From assembly GCA_000004985.1 (NCBI GenBank), contig GG738925.1: 64,000 nucleotides of DNA, one strand, 5' to 3'. Shown here one piece after another: positions 20,510 to 31,546 of this stretch (position 1 is the stretch's first letter; each line of letters opens with the position of its first letter). The translations under genes were made by a program, and so were the position numbers. The stretch comes from Naegleria gruberi (taxonomy: Eukaryota). The notes beneath the pieces were generated by a model. It was not told the origin of the DNA. It saw only the letters and a list, made by a program, of their open reading frames with translations, and ran no database searches.

Positions 20510-21886
20510 ATGAAGAGACAGTTCGAGAGCATTGAAGATTCCAGCAGTGATTCTTCTTCATATGAATCCTCTACTACTCCTACAACAAATGCTTCATCAT
20601 CCTCCACAACTATTCGAAACAATTCTAATAACAGATCGAGAAGATATATCGATAATATTGTGCATCCCCAACCATCCTCTACTACAACACCAAGTCCTCA
20701 ACTCCATAATAACAATTCCAATAGAAACAACATAACAATTACTTCACAACAAGATTCGTATCCTTTCGTCACCTCTTCTACAAAAGTTCCAACCAACAGA
20801 AGGCATTTAAAGTTGAGAAAACAATTGAAAACATGTTCTAACTTTTCATCAAGCTACTTTGTATTGGACGTGAATGCTCCTGCTGCTAATACCATAGGAT
20901 TTATGGGATCAACGAGAGGTAATGATATTCCAGTGCTGTTGACTGATACAGTTTCGAATAGTAATCAAAGCGTAAATCATTTTCTGCCATCCTCCTCCAA
21001 TACTCCAAATACTCCATGTAAGAAGAAAACCAAAAGAGCACAAACTGGTTCAATTAACTTTGTTTCGAATAATAAGAAGGGAACTAATAAGAAATGGATT
21101 GCTTCTGTGAATACTACTGTCAGCAGTTCATCTTCAAGCCCAACCAATCCTCTTAATACCACAACTACTACAACAACTACTACTACTAACTCTACTCAAC
21201 CAACAGCTGAACAATCTTTCCTCCAACAATTAATCAATCCAATGAGTTCAATGATTCGTCCAAACACAAATAATGTACTTGTTCAAAATGTTCTTCCAAT
21301 TGGTCAAATTCAACCAACACAAAATAATCATTCACATAATCACCTTGTATCATCCATGAATCCATTCCAACATCAACAACACAATATGAATACTATCCAA
21401 TCGATGCTTCATCCACTTTCTAATAATATTTATCAATCAAATGTACAAAATACAGCTCCACAAAATCATATTTTCCCATCACTTGATACTATACTGAACT
21501 GTTATGCCAATCCTCTCTTGAATTCTCCTCCACTTGGTCAAATGACAAACTATTCCAATAACAGTCTTGATTCAAGTCCAATCACAACAACTCCATCTAC
21601 TCCTTCCAATACCACTAATAATAATGGTATTGCTTCTCCTATTTTTGGATCCTTGATCAATATGCCACAAGTTAATTCATTGACAAGTGGTAGTTCAACA
21701 GGTAATTCTTTTGGAATGCCAAATCAAAACTATAACATGGTCAATTACAATTCAGCTGCTTCAAATTCTGAAATGGTCAACCACAATCAACAAATTACTT
21801 TGGAAGATCTGCTCACTCACGATGAAGCTAGAATTTTGCTTAATACAGTTAGTTCTTACTTTAATCAACAAAACAACCAATTCTAG
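20510..21886 (+). CDS. hypothetical Ser/Thr/Asn-rich low-complexity protein
   Basis: ORF 20453..21886. First ATG (MKRQF) at 20510 in context TTGAAAATGAAG. Poly-T/N/S tracts. Confidence 0.4.
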   Translation: MKRQFESIEDSSSDSSSYESSTTPTTNASSSSTTIRNNSNNRSRRYIDNIVHPQPSSTTTPSPQLHNNNSNRNNITITSQQDSYPFVTSSTKVPTNRRHLKLRKQLKTCSNFSSSYFVLDVNAPAANTIGFMGSTRGNDIPVLLTDTVSNSNQSVNHFLPSSSNTPNTPCKKKTKRAQTGSINFVSNNKKGTNKKWIASVNTTVSSSSSSPTNPLNTTTTTTTTTTNSTQPTAEQSFLQQLINPMSSMIRPNTNNVLVQNVLPIGQIQPTQNNHSHNHLVSSMNPFQHQQHNMNTIQSMLHPLSNNIYQSNVQNTAPQNHIFPSLDTILNCYANPLLNSPPLGQMTNYSNNSLDSSPITTTPSTPSNTTNNNGIASPIFGSLINMPQVNSLTSGSSTGNSFGMPNQNYNMVNYNSAASNSEMVNHNQQITLEDLLTHDEARILLNTVSSYFNQQNNQF

Positions 21887-21963
21887 AACACTATATTAAA
21901 CAATATATAGAACAACAAAATCACTTACAAATCACATTTTTACAATAAATTACAAAAAACTTG

Positions 21964-22653
21964 TTAATTTGCTACTTGTTCAAGTGAGGAAATCTTTTCA
22001 AAATGAACAAGTCCCAAGCCACTGACAATGAGTTGATATAAACTCTTATTGACAACCATATGAATTGAATATTCGTATTCAGTTTCGAATTGTCTTGTTG
22101 CTCCTTTGGTTGGAGAAGTTATACTTCCTCCACATTCTGAATAACTTGGAGTTGGAATTGCAGATCGACACTCAATTAGATCAATAGCTTCAATCTTGGA
22201 ATGTTGTGGATCCTTATTAACAATCTTAACACCAACCACATACCAACACTGTTCATGGTTGTAATAATAGACAATTATTTGAAAGTTATCGAATTCCTGA
22301 TCACAAAATCTTCCCTCTCCCTTCTTGATTCCCAATTCAAGATTGCTCTTTTCATGACAAGCTCGTTGAGTGATTTCATGTTGCACATCGTGTTCATCTT
22401 TGAATTTGAGTAAGAGTTGTTTGATAACTTCCTTCTCGTGCTGCTCAGTTGTGGGTATAATTGAGAGGAAGGTTGCAGGCATTAACCAAGTAGTTTCATG
22501 ATTGAGAGTGGAAGTTTGATTACTTGGATTAAATACTTTGCAAAATCCTGATGTATTCTCTGTTTCTTGATTACTGACTGTGGGTGGTTGATAAATGTTA
22601 GAGGTTGCAGTTTGTTGTGTTTTTTCTTGAGGTTGGGATAATTGTGTGCTCAT
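21964..22653 (-). CDS. hypothetical protein (about 230 aa)
   Basis: ORF 21964..22674. First ATG (MSTQLSQ) at 22653. The annotated start is TTG. No recognised domain. Confidence 0.4.
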   Translation of the reverse strand: MSTQLSQPQEKTQQTATSNIYQPPTVSNQETENTSGFCKVFNPSNQTSTLNHETTWLMPATFLSIIPTTEQHEKEVIKQLLLKFKDEHDVQHEITQRACHEKSNLELGIKKGEGRFCDQEFDNFQIIVYYYNHEQCWYVVGVKIVNKDPQHSKIEAIDLIECRSAIPTPSYSECGGSITSPTKGATRQFETEYEYSIHMVVNKSLYQLIVSGLGLVHFEKISSLEQVAN

Positions 22654-22910
22654 CTTTAAAACTGTTTTCTTCAATTTTTATTCTTTTTTATTCAGAAAGA
22701 TTTGAATTTGTTGCCCTAATACTTGGAATGGTCAAATCAATAAAAGGATTCTTGGCATTTGGGGATTGTGCGTGATTTTGTAAACTTACCGAAAGAAATG
22801 TGAAATCCAATCTAGTGATCTTGTAGTAGAGCTTACAAAAGAAGAAATTTCTTTGTTGTAAAGATTAGTTGAATTAATTTACAAAAGAGGAAGTCCATGG
22901 ATCTCGTGCC

Positions 22911-24470
22911 CTACCTTAGGCAAATAATGGACACATCTTTGGGGCATTTGACACTTATTTCAAGAGCATTTTGAGAATTGATTTTGTAAAATTTACACCA
23001 ACCCAACCCGAAATGACTCAAATCCAATTGAATAAATCCAAGAATCGTATCAATGAAAAAGCTACTTTCACACAGCAGCGTTTCACCATTCGAAAGGAAT
23101 TGTAAAGTGCCCTCAAAATGTCCAGTAATCACAAGTGGATTCACATAACTTAGTCTGTACATAATTTTTGGCCGTGTTTTAGTGAGCTTCAAAGCATCTC
23201 GACTAAATTCATAAATTTTGGAGAGAAATTTCAATTTCACTTTCTTAACGAGATGGATTTCTTTTTTGTGGAAGGGAGTAATGGCGCCAAATCCTTCAAG
23301 TGGCAGATAATCATTCCTTGGCATTTTCGAATAGGATTCGTAGACAGCTGTTTCAAATCGGTAAATGAATCTTTTTTCATCAAAGATTGATTTCTTTTTC
23401 TTTGCTCTTCCAATCCAAGTATTTTTCTTCACTTCCAATCCAATTGTTGCATTTCCTCTGCAATTAGTTACCATATTGTGATAGTTTAGAGCTAGCGATG
23501 GATGGAATTTGGACACTAGCTGACATGCCGAATAGAATGAAATGTTACTGAGACGTATTCTTTGAGCTTTCAGAGGGGGTTTAAGATAATTGTTGAAATC
23601 CACATAATACCTCATTGCATCAATCTTTTCATAATTCACATTTTCAACATTGTAAATGGCATTTCCAAATATTACTTTGAAAAACATGAATAATATCTTG
23701 GAATTTGATAGAATGGCACCTCTTCCAGTCTTGATTGAGTAGGAAATCTTTTTCTCTTTCCAATATTTAAATAACTTATCAGTTCCACCATAAATTTCAA
23801 AAACTCCATTCAGCAATCCATTAGAAACCTTTTCATCTGAAAATGTAATCAATTCTGTTAGAAATCCTTGCTTAAACCTCGTTGATATGTTATCTGGTTT
23901 GTCATATTTCCACTCAAGTGAACTATTCTCATTCCATCCTTTCAAATCAGATTTACAAATCAATTTCATTCTCAGAACAGCTTGTTTAGAAATCCAAATT
24001 TCCAATCTGTGAATTAACATATTTGTCTTGATTGGTTCCCAACACATTACCTCACATTCCACTGGCATTTGAATTACAAATTCTGCTTCAATAGTCAACC
24101 CCAGAGACTCCTCAATTTTAACTCTTTTCAATTGTGAATCCAAAATTTCATTTCTAAATTCCTTCTTTAATTTGCCGACAAGATTTTCGACATTTTCAAT
24201 TTGTGGTGGATGTCTCTTGATGAATAGCAATATTTCATCCAGTGTTATTAATTTGGATCGGGTGATGCTATTCCACAATGAACCAAGAAAGGAATCTTGA
24301 AATTGTTTCTTTAATTCAATCGTGAATGTGTCATAATCGATAATTTGATTTTTAGCATCTTTGCTAATTGATGATGATGCCTCCGATAGTGCAAATTTGC
24401 TAATAACTGATGTGAATATTATTGTAAACAATTCTACAAGTCTATTGTGATTACAACAGAAGAAACCCAT
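22911..24470 (-). CDS. hypothetical protein (about 520 aa)
   Basis: Long ORF. First ATG (MGFFCC) at 24470; the track start is GTG. No recognised domain. Confidence 0.5.
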   Translation of the reverse strand: MGFFCCNHNRLVELFTIIFTSVISKFALSEASSSISKDAKNQIIDYDTFTIELKKQFQDSFLGSLWNSITRSKLITLDEILLFIKRHPPQIENVENLVGKLKKEFRNEILDSQLKRVKIEESLGLTIEAEFVIQMPVECEVMCWEPIKTNMLIHRLEIWISKQAVLRMKLICKSDLKGWNENSSLEWKYDKPDNISTRFKQGFLTELITFSDEKVSNGLLNGVFEIYGGTDKLFKYWKEKKISYSIKTGRGAILSNSKILFMFFKVIFGNAIYNVENVNYEKIDAMRYYVDFNNYLKPPLKAQRIRLSNISFYSACQLVSKFHPSLALNYHNMVTNCRGNATIGLEVKKNTWIGRAKKKKSIFDEKRFIYRFETAVYESYSKMPRNDYLPLEGFGAITPFHKKEIHLVKKVKLKFLSKIYEFSRDALKLTKTRPKIMYRLSYVNPLVITGHFEGTLQFLSNGETLLCESSFFIDTILGFIQLDLSHFGLGWCKFYKINSQNALEISVKCPKDVSIICLR

Positions 24471-24633
24471 CACTAACGATGAACACTTCGGCACTTATTT
24501 CAGGATGCAACACAAAATGCTGAAACTTCCAGCAATTTCTGGTTTGGCGCCATAATTATGAAAGATGATGAAAATCTCACACGTCCTAACCATATCTTCA
24601 CACAAAACAAAAAAACCACACAACAACCACACA

Positions 24634-25074
24634 ATGGCCACCAATTTTTTAACCATCACCAAGGAACAACTCCAAACTTCACCGAATGGCCGTGAATATT
24701 CAGCACAAGTTTCCGGAAGAGGCATTCCATTCCTCTTGAAAAAGGTTCATATTAACATTGAATTGGAAAATGATGAAGATCCATCCATTGTTGATTCACT
24801 CCTCACTATTGCTAATGACATGTTACAAAAATTGGATGTGTATGCTGCCAAGGCCACTGAAGAATTGTACGAACTTTTCAATGATGAGTGGAATGAGGAA
24901 GGAGAAGAAGTTTCCAAGGAAGATTTTGCAAAGAGATTAAAGTTGGAATCTTTAATCGTCAAAAGTTCATCAAGATTGGTCTATTTTGATGATGGAGAAC
25001 TTTTCTGTGGTCACGTTATTGAAGTCAATATTGATAATGAAGGAAATGTTGAAAGTGCTGACATTGCTGGATAA
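24634..25074 (+). CDS. hypothetical acidic protein (about 146 aa)
   Basis: ORF 24565..25074. The ATG at 24634 (MATNF) is in frame. Confidence 0.4.
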   Translation: MATNFLTITKEQLQTSPNGREYSAQVSGRGIPFLLKKVHINIELENDEDPSIVDSLLTIANDMLQKLDVYAAKATEELYELFNDEWNEEGEEVSKEDFAKRLKLESLIVKSSSRLVYFDDGELFCGHVIEVNIDNEGNVESADIAG

Positions 25075-25175
25075 ATTTCAAGAGATTGATTCCAAAACAC
25101 TTTCAAAGTGCATTACAAAGTACAATATTAAAGAAGATTTCTTATTTTACAAAGTATAAATACATTTGGTTCCAA

Positions 25176-25993
25176 TTATTCTTGTTGTTGTTTCTTGGCC
25201 AAAGCTACGATATTGTACAAATATTGTTCAGGATTCAAACTCATATAATTCTTGACAACCTTGATTGCATCCTTCAATAAATCACCAGAAGAAGCTCCTC
25301 TATTCATTGGGAACTTTCTTCTACCATCCAATTCAAATACATGGCCATTCTTTTCGACGAAACAAACAAAATGCAAATCTGTTACTTCCACAACTTCACT
25401 TTGATTTTGTTCGGAAAGGGCACTACTTTCGTGAGCTTCCTCAACTCTCTTATCACCTTCCAATGATTTGGCAATTTCTTCAGAACTCTTTCCTACATTT
25501 CCATTGATGAAATCTTGCAAAAAGCTTGAACTTGCAACTTGTAATGATTTGATATTGTTGGCCAAGGAGTGAATAATGGCAACAGTACCACATGCATTTC
25601 CTATTCATTGATTCTTAGATTAGACTTCTTCTTCAATAATTACTTACCAATAGTTTGCTTCATAAAGAATAATTCCTTTGGAATGGAGTCTTGATTCTTT
25701 TCCATTTCTTCATCTTCCTTTTGTTGGAGGTTTTGATTTTCCTTGGTCAAAGGAAACAACAACAAGACGGAAATCACAGGCTTTGGAACCATATCCAACA
25801 ATTCATCATCCAACCCGAAAACATCACAATATTCATAATCGCCTCCCAAGCCTAATTTATTAGCATAATTATTCATGAGCTCTGGATTTGACTCCAATGG
25901 AAACCAAGCTTTTAGATTTTAAGCACAAGAAGTAATAATTTAAGATCAAAATAAATAAATTTCATCAAGCCTCTTTGATAACATACTCTTCAT
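25176..25993 (-). CDS. Ubiquitin carboxyl-terminal hydrolase, UCH-L3-like (peptidase C12). Exons complement(join(25176..25600,25648..25908,25987..25993)).
   Basis: Exon 2 encodes WFPLESNPELMNNYANKLGL...FFMKQTIG|. Exon 3 encodes NACGTVAIIHSLAN...HFVCFVEKNGHVFELDGRRKFPMNRG. Together they contain the UCH active-site Cys region QTIGNACGT and the His region. The 47-nt intron is GTAAGT..GAATAG. The upstream region has no in-frame ATG before a TAA. An ATGAAGA|GTATGT micro-exon with A10 immediately upstream of its ATG splices over 78 nt to AAAAG|CTTGG, giving MKTWFPLESNPE, which parallels human MEGQRWLPLEANPE. Confidence 0.75.
25601..25647 (-). other. intron (47 nt) of UCH gene
   Basis: GTAAGT...AATAG. 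Phase 1. Restores the QTIG-NACGT catalytic motif. Confidence 0.75.
25909..25986 (-). other. intron (78 nt) following a 7-nt first coding exon of UCH gene
   Basis: ATGAAGA|GTATGT...CTAAAAG|CTTGG. Inferred because the conserved W-PLE-NPE N-terminus has no in-frame ATG. Confidence 0.45.
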
Positions 25994-26096
25994 TTTTTTT
26001 TTAATGATTTATTTTTAGAATTATTTTCCAGATTTGAATTGAACCAAACAAATTTTTTGTAACAAGTTCATACTGTATTGTAATTAATAATTTATT

Positions 26097-27149
26097 TTAG
26101 TTCAATAATTCACTAAGGGAAAGTCGTGTTCTACCTTTCCTCATGTTTTCTATTTTTTTTGGTTTTTCAATTTTCAATTTCTTGTAAGAGTTTCGTCCAT
26201 AGGTTTGTTTAATATCCGAAATGAGATCTTTCATTAAGGGAACTTGAAAAAAACTGTATTCTAATGTATCAATATCCGTTTTCAATTCATTTTTCACTGA
26301 GGTTGGCAAATAGGTTAAAATCTGTTGAAAGAATTCAACAAGAATAATTTCCAAAATAGAATCGTGATTGAATGTTTCGTCTATTCCACAATATCCAACT
26401 GGTTCATATTTGTAATTGAAAATAGATTCAATTATGTTAAACCGAGAATGGTGGGTCAATGATAGAGAGTATTTTTCCATTTCAAAGAATTGTAAATCAT
26501 TAATATAAATTCCATATTTATCAACTTTCACTAATAATGGATATCCACAAAATGTAAATAAAACAAACTCCCATTCCTTTTGTTCAGATCCAACGTCCTT
26601 GGTATAAACTATTCCTCTACAATTCTTAATCCTAAATAATATATCGTCCATATCTAAGAATGAAATTTCCATCTCTGGAATAATTTGGTTATGGCTATCA
26701 TATATTAAATTAATATCTTTCAATGTATTTTTCACATATTGCTCATTAACAAGCATTCTTTTATCCAAAGAATTTATAATCTTTTGAAATTTGTCAATAT
26801 TCTCATCGAAACCATAATAAACTAAACTCAATATTTCCAACACATGTTTGTACTTATTCACAAGTTTAAATTTCTTCCCAAAAGAACCACTATAATTTTT
26901 TGTAAATATATTAACAATCTCCTCGAATGACACAGGATTAGCAAATAAATATTCCAAATAGCCTTGTCCATACAAATCCAATTTAAAAAACAAGCAAATA
27001 TATTCCTTGCAAAAACTCTCTCGATTCAACACTTGCCTCCATATTTTACAGACTTGAGAGGAGTGAACAAAGGTATCGGGTGTCGTATACAATAGAATAC
27101 TATGCACCAGATCGGCATAGAGGTTATTGCCACTTCTTTGTGCTGACAT
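26097..27149 (-). CDS. F-box-like domain protein
   Basis: ORF 26097..27170. ATG at 27149 (MSAQRSG) in poly-A context. F-box-like segment LYADLVHSILLYTTPDTFVHSSQVCKIWRQVL. Confidence 0.55.
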   Translation of the reverse strand: MSAQRSGNNLYADLVHSILLYTTPDTFVHSSQVCKIWRQVLNRESFCKEYICLFFKLDLYGQGYLEYLFANPVSFEEIVNIFTKNYSGSFGKKFKLVNKYKHVLEILSLVYYGFDENIDKFQKIINSLDKRMLVNEQYVKNTLKDINLIYDSHNQIIPEMEISFLDMDDILFRIKNCRGIVYTKDVGSEQKEWEFVLFTFCGYPLLVKVDKYGIYINDLQFFEMEKYSLSLTHHSRFNIIESIFNYKYEPVGYCGIDETFNHDSILEIILVEFFQQILTYLPTSVKNELKTDIDTLEYSFFQVPLMKDLISDIKQTYGRNSYKKLKIEKPKKIENMRKGRTRLSLSELLN

Positions 27150-27289
27150 TTTTTTTTGTAACAAAGTCAATTAACAACAGGTTGATTCAAGACAACTAAA
27201 GTTATCCATTATGATTCAAATCTTGTTTAGAAACTTTGCCATCAATGTAGTCAACTCGTCAATCATAAATAGAATTTCATTGTAAAAAA

Positions 27290-28624
27290 ATGGCACAACA
27301 TGAAAATGTAATCCTTCTTCTCGATATCAGCATTTCATCATTTCTCTGGGTAGGAAAGTTTGTTATGCATCGGAAAATTCTAAAACTCATTCCAAACTAT
27401 CCGTGTCTAGCGTGTGTCTTTACTCCGAATGAAATTGCACTTCGGAAAGAAGCAATTAGAAGGATGATGGGAAAAGTTCCACCAATGCTCGTTCCCAAGT
27501 GTTTTTCTTTTGGAAAAAATGAAAAGGAAGAGGAAAATATATTAGAAATTATATTGGAAAGGGATATTTCAATATTTGATGGAACATTGATATTTTCATT
27601 AAGAAACAATGAAAGAATTTGTGAGGAAATTGTAAAGAAGGATGGATTGAAATTGGCCATGATGAGTTTGAATTTAAAAAGTAATGAAAATATTGTAAGA
27701 AATGCAGTTCAGCAAAATGGAATGGCTTTACAATTTGCTCATTACAAATTGAGGAGGAATAGAGAAATAGTTTGTTTAGCTCTAGATCAGAATGGAATGG
27801 CTTTACAATATGCTGCCAAAGAATTGAGACAGGAGTTGGAAATTGTATTGAGAGCTGTTTCACAAAATGGTAGTGCTTTTTCATACGCCATGTGTCACAG
27901 GACCAAAAAAACAAGAAGTAGACGAAAGGTTTCTCTTAAACTCGATCCTCAAGTGATTGAAACAGCTGTTAAAAGTGGAGCTGCACTATCAGGATACACC
28001 AAACAAGTCAGAGAGTTGAGAGAAAATCCAAATGTTGCCTTGCAATGCATAAGAAATGGTAATTCAATCTTTTCAGTTAGTGTCAGACTAAGGGAAGACC
28101 CAGAATTTAAAACACTTGCCGATCAAGCTCGTAATGAATTTGTTCAAAAGATTATACTTTCAAAAAGTTCTCAATTTTTGAATCATGTTTCTCCTCCACG
28201 AACTAAAACTCCATACGAATCCTTAAAGGAATTATATATCAATAGTGGATTCGATTACAGGAAAGATCCAGAAATGATTGCTTATGCTTCACGATTTTCA
28301 GGCTCAATAGACAGAGAACGAGTTCTAAAATCAATTAGGAAAATTCCACTGACATTAGTTTTCATGGATTATTATGCAGATGAAGACGAATTTCTTGAAA
28401 CAGCTTTGAAATATTTGGATGGTTCACATGTTTCATTGTTCGAAACGTTTTTTGCTAAAGTTTTTAATTCAAAGTCCAGAATGGATTTACTACTGAGATC
28501 AGTTGAGGAAAATATTGAGATTGTGAAATATCTCAGCACTACAAAGATTGTTGGACAATATGAATTTATGGAAAAGGTTATTCGAATCATACTGAAAAAG
28601 ATGACTAAGAAACCATACCATTGA
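27290..28624 (+). CDS. DUF4116-repeat protein
   Basis: Repeated motif NGMALQFAHYKLRRNREIVCLALDQNGMALQYAAKELRQELEIVLRAVSQNGSAFSYA, typical of DUF4116. A-rich ATG context. Confidence 0.6.
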   Translation: MAQHENVILLLDISISSFLWVGKFVMHRKILKLIPNYPCLACVFTPNEIALRKEAIRRMMGKVPPMLVPKCFSFGKNEKEEENILEIILERDISIFDGTLIFSLRNNERICEEIVKKDGLKLAMMSLNLKSNENIVRNAVQQNGMALQFAHYKLRRNREIVCLALDQNGMALQYAAKELRQELEIVLRAVSQNGSAFSYAMCHRTKKTRSRRKVSLKLDPQVIETAVKSGAALSGYTKQVRELRENPNVALQCIRNGNSIFSVSVRLREDPEFKTLADQARNEFVQKIILSKSSQFLNHVSPPRTKTPYESLKELYINSGFDYRKDPEMIAYASRFSGSIDRERVLKSIRKIPLTLVFMDYYADEDEFLETALKYLDGSHVSLFETFFAKVFNSKSRMDLLLRSVEENIEIVKYLSTTKIVGQYEFMEKVIRIILKKMTKKPYH

Positions 28625-28708
28625 ACAAAAGATATTAGAAAGGCAGTAGATAAAGAATATGAATATTAGTTCAAAGTTCCTGACATTCGAATAAAACACA
28701 TCAAAAAA

Positions 28709-31316
28709 ATGGGCAAAGTATTTGTATGGGGAGGCACCATTCTCACGAAACCAACTCTCGTTTCTTTTCTCTCACACATGAACGTGATTCAAGTGGGAAC
28801 AAATAATAGGGATCACTTTTATGTGTTAACAGATATCGGAGAAGTTTTAACATTTACAATTCATGATGTTTCTCGTGAGAGTAGTAAATTTACAAAGATT
28901 GATTTTGAATTGGGAGTAAAGGAAAAAATCATCATGATTGCACCATCTGATTATGGAGTTTTTGCCTTGACGAATTTTGGGAAAATTGTAACGTATTTGG
29001 CTAAGAATGGAAATTCATTCAATCGTTATGAAAAACAGATTTTCAATCCGATGGTTACATTGGATGCATCTAAAATTGTAAAGATTAGTTCAGGAGGACA
29101 TGATTCATTGATTTTGGAAAGAGGTTAGTTTAGTTTGAATAAGCTTTTAACGAAGAGATATCAGAAAGTGGAATGAAAACAGTTGTTTCAACTCGTAATA
29201 CTACATCCGATGAACCGTATTCCTCTGCACCTTTATTAGAAATGAAAGTTCCTTTTGTAACTTCATCGAATTATGCAACATATTACACAGATGGAAATGA
29301 TGATTCAGTGTTGCATCAGATGACTGATAATCAATATTCACTTTATTATTCGAGTAACAGAACTATAATAGATCATATTGGAATTAATAATTGGGTGGGA
29401 GGTTCTGCCAGACATCATCACTCCCTCTTTATTTCCTGTAAGTTTTAAATTTAGTGAAATTATGGAGTGATTGGAATTTCTGTATAATAGCTGATGGATT
29501 AGTTTATTCTTTGGGAAAAAATTACGAAACCTTACTGTGTGGAGAGACAATGATGGAAGATAAAAAGATTACCAAATTGAGTGTGCTAAGGAATGTGGAA
29601 AATGTCTATCAATGCAAAGACTATTTAGAAATTCATGGAAAGAATAAGCATTACTTTTCACTTGCTAGAACCAAGACAGGGCAATTGTTTTCATGGGGAG
29701 GAAATGCTGAAAAGCAATTAGGGATATCGTCAGATAGGAAATATGCGATATTCCCTTGTTTAATTACAGCTCTATATGGAATGAGTAAGTTTCATTTTTA
29801 TAGCAGACTTTTAATCTTTCGTATAGAAATTGCACAAGCAGACTGTGGATATAGTGTAGCTATTGCTCTGTCAGAGAATTACTCAACTGCCTTTTCAGAA
29901 CTGTTAAATAAGGAAACACTTAGTGATTTGAAAATTGAGCTCTATGCTAACAACACATCAGAAACAAAAGTAATTTATTTACACAAATGTATATTATTGG
30001 CTAGATGCCCTACCTTACTAAGTTTAATTTTGAGCGGTAAACTAAACTATTTCTTGAGGAAACTATTGATAGATTCACAAGCAAATTATGAAAATTACCA
30101 AAACAGAGAGAACCTTAAAAATTCAGAACAAGTCACTTCGAGAATAGATTGTACAGATCCTGAGGACAATGAGGATCATATTGCGAATGTTTACAATTCT
30201 TTTTTAGTTGTGCTACACTACCTATATGTTGATGATTTGGATTTTTTATCAATGGATTTAGATAAGAATAGAGAAAATGTGGCAATGGTACAAGAGCTCA
30301 TTAATTTTTTCTACTTCCTCGAGCTGAATTATTTCAATGATGAAACTTTTGTGAGTTATAGTATGGCACTGAGTTGTAATATTGATCATTCTCTTTTGAA
30401 ATCATTTAAGGAATGGAACTTTTCATCGAGGAAATTGGAAAATATGTCTCAAAACAATAGAATGATGAGAGCATTTGCTTTGGATAGTTCCAATTCAAAT
30501 ATTGATACAAAGTTTGCTGAGCAGAGAATTGGAGCTCACATGCTTTCAATTATGGGAAAAGAGGATACTTGTGATGATTACAAATTATCGCTTCAGAGCA
30601 AAGATGGTTCACTCAATGTTTCCCTACCACTTCACAAGGTCATTCTAACAAATTCCATTGAATTTTTCAAGGGAGTATTCGAATCCAATATGGAAGAGGA
30701 AAAGAGAGGTGAAATGCATTTGACCATGGATTCAAGTGAAGATTTATATCTATTCCAATTAGAAAATGTCATTCCTCTCCTTTATCATGCTTATTGTGGA
30801 TCCAATTCTGAGAATGTGCAATACCTATTCATGGATCAATTCGATGCCAACCTCACATTATCAAATGCATGTGAATGCTTGGCAGTGGCCAATTATTTTG
30901 CATCACGAGAGTTTAAAGCTTCATGTGAAACTTTCATTTCCAAATTTATAGCAGTTGAGAATGCAATTCCTCTTCTCCTTGTCTGTGAAACACACGAAGC
31001 ATACAGTCTCAAAGAGCTTGTCATTGATTTTGCAGCTTCACATTTCGAATCGATTCAATTAATTCAAGAGTTTCATGATGAAATTTCTGAGGAAATTCGA
31101 GAACATGTCAAGAAATTGGCTAGAAAGAGATCCAAGAAGATTTTGGACAGAAATATTTTGGAAAAGTATTGGAGGAATGAAATTAAGGAACAGGAGCTTT
31201 TTTATGAACCGAAACCTGCCACATCAAGTAGCTCATCTACAACTTCTACCACTCAATCCTCGAATAGAACAAGAAAACCTTCGATATTTTCCCGACTTTT
31301 CAAAGCATTCCAATAA
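28709..31316 (+). CDS. RCC1-like repeat plus double BTB/POZ domain protein (RCBTB/IBtk-like). Exons join(28709..29123,29183..29437,29491..31316), with an alternative acceptor at 29164/29165 for intron 1.
   Basis: Three ORFs in different frames are joined by GTTAGT..AG (phase 1) and GTAAGT..ATAATAG (53 nt, phase 1) introns. RCC1-type repeats VFVWGG, HFYVLTDIGEVLTF, GVFALTNFGKIVTY, KISSGGHDSLILE and IADGLVYSLGKN continue across the junctions. The C-terminal half has two BTB domains (LSDLKIELYANNTSETKVIYLHKCILLARCPTLLSLI and CDDYKLSLQSKDGSLNVSLPLHKVILTNSIEFF). Confidence 0.7.
29124..29182 (+). other. intron 1 of RCC1-BTB gene (59 nt; a 41-nt alternative ends at 29164)
   Basis: The GTTAGT donor is followed by two AG acceptors (CAG at 29164, ACAG at 29182). 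Both keep the downstream frame. Confidence 0.5.
29438..29490 (+). other. intron 2 of RCC1-BTB gene (53 nt)
   Basis: TCC T|GTAAGT...TATAATAG|CT. Restores IS-S-DGLVYSLGKN. Confidence 0.7.
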
Positions 31317-31546
31317 TTTTGTCACTTTGGAATTAGAAATAATTCGAAAGGAATCGAATGAGACCTTAGTTGATAATATTAATACTAATCTTCAATTAAC
31401 AAGAAAATTCAAAACTTTTTGAATCAATAATAGGCAAAGTTCTTTCACTTTCTACAGTCTTGAAAAGACTTTTGATTTAATATTTCATTAAAGATTGAAA
31501 ATTATGAAATTTTACTTTTTCAAAATTTTGAAAAATCTAAAAAAAA

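Noticed and set aside
25086-25280. ORF 25086..25280 and 25265..25507 on the plus strand
   Set aside because: They are antisense to the well-supported UCH exon 3 and have no support.
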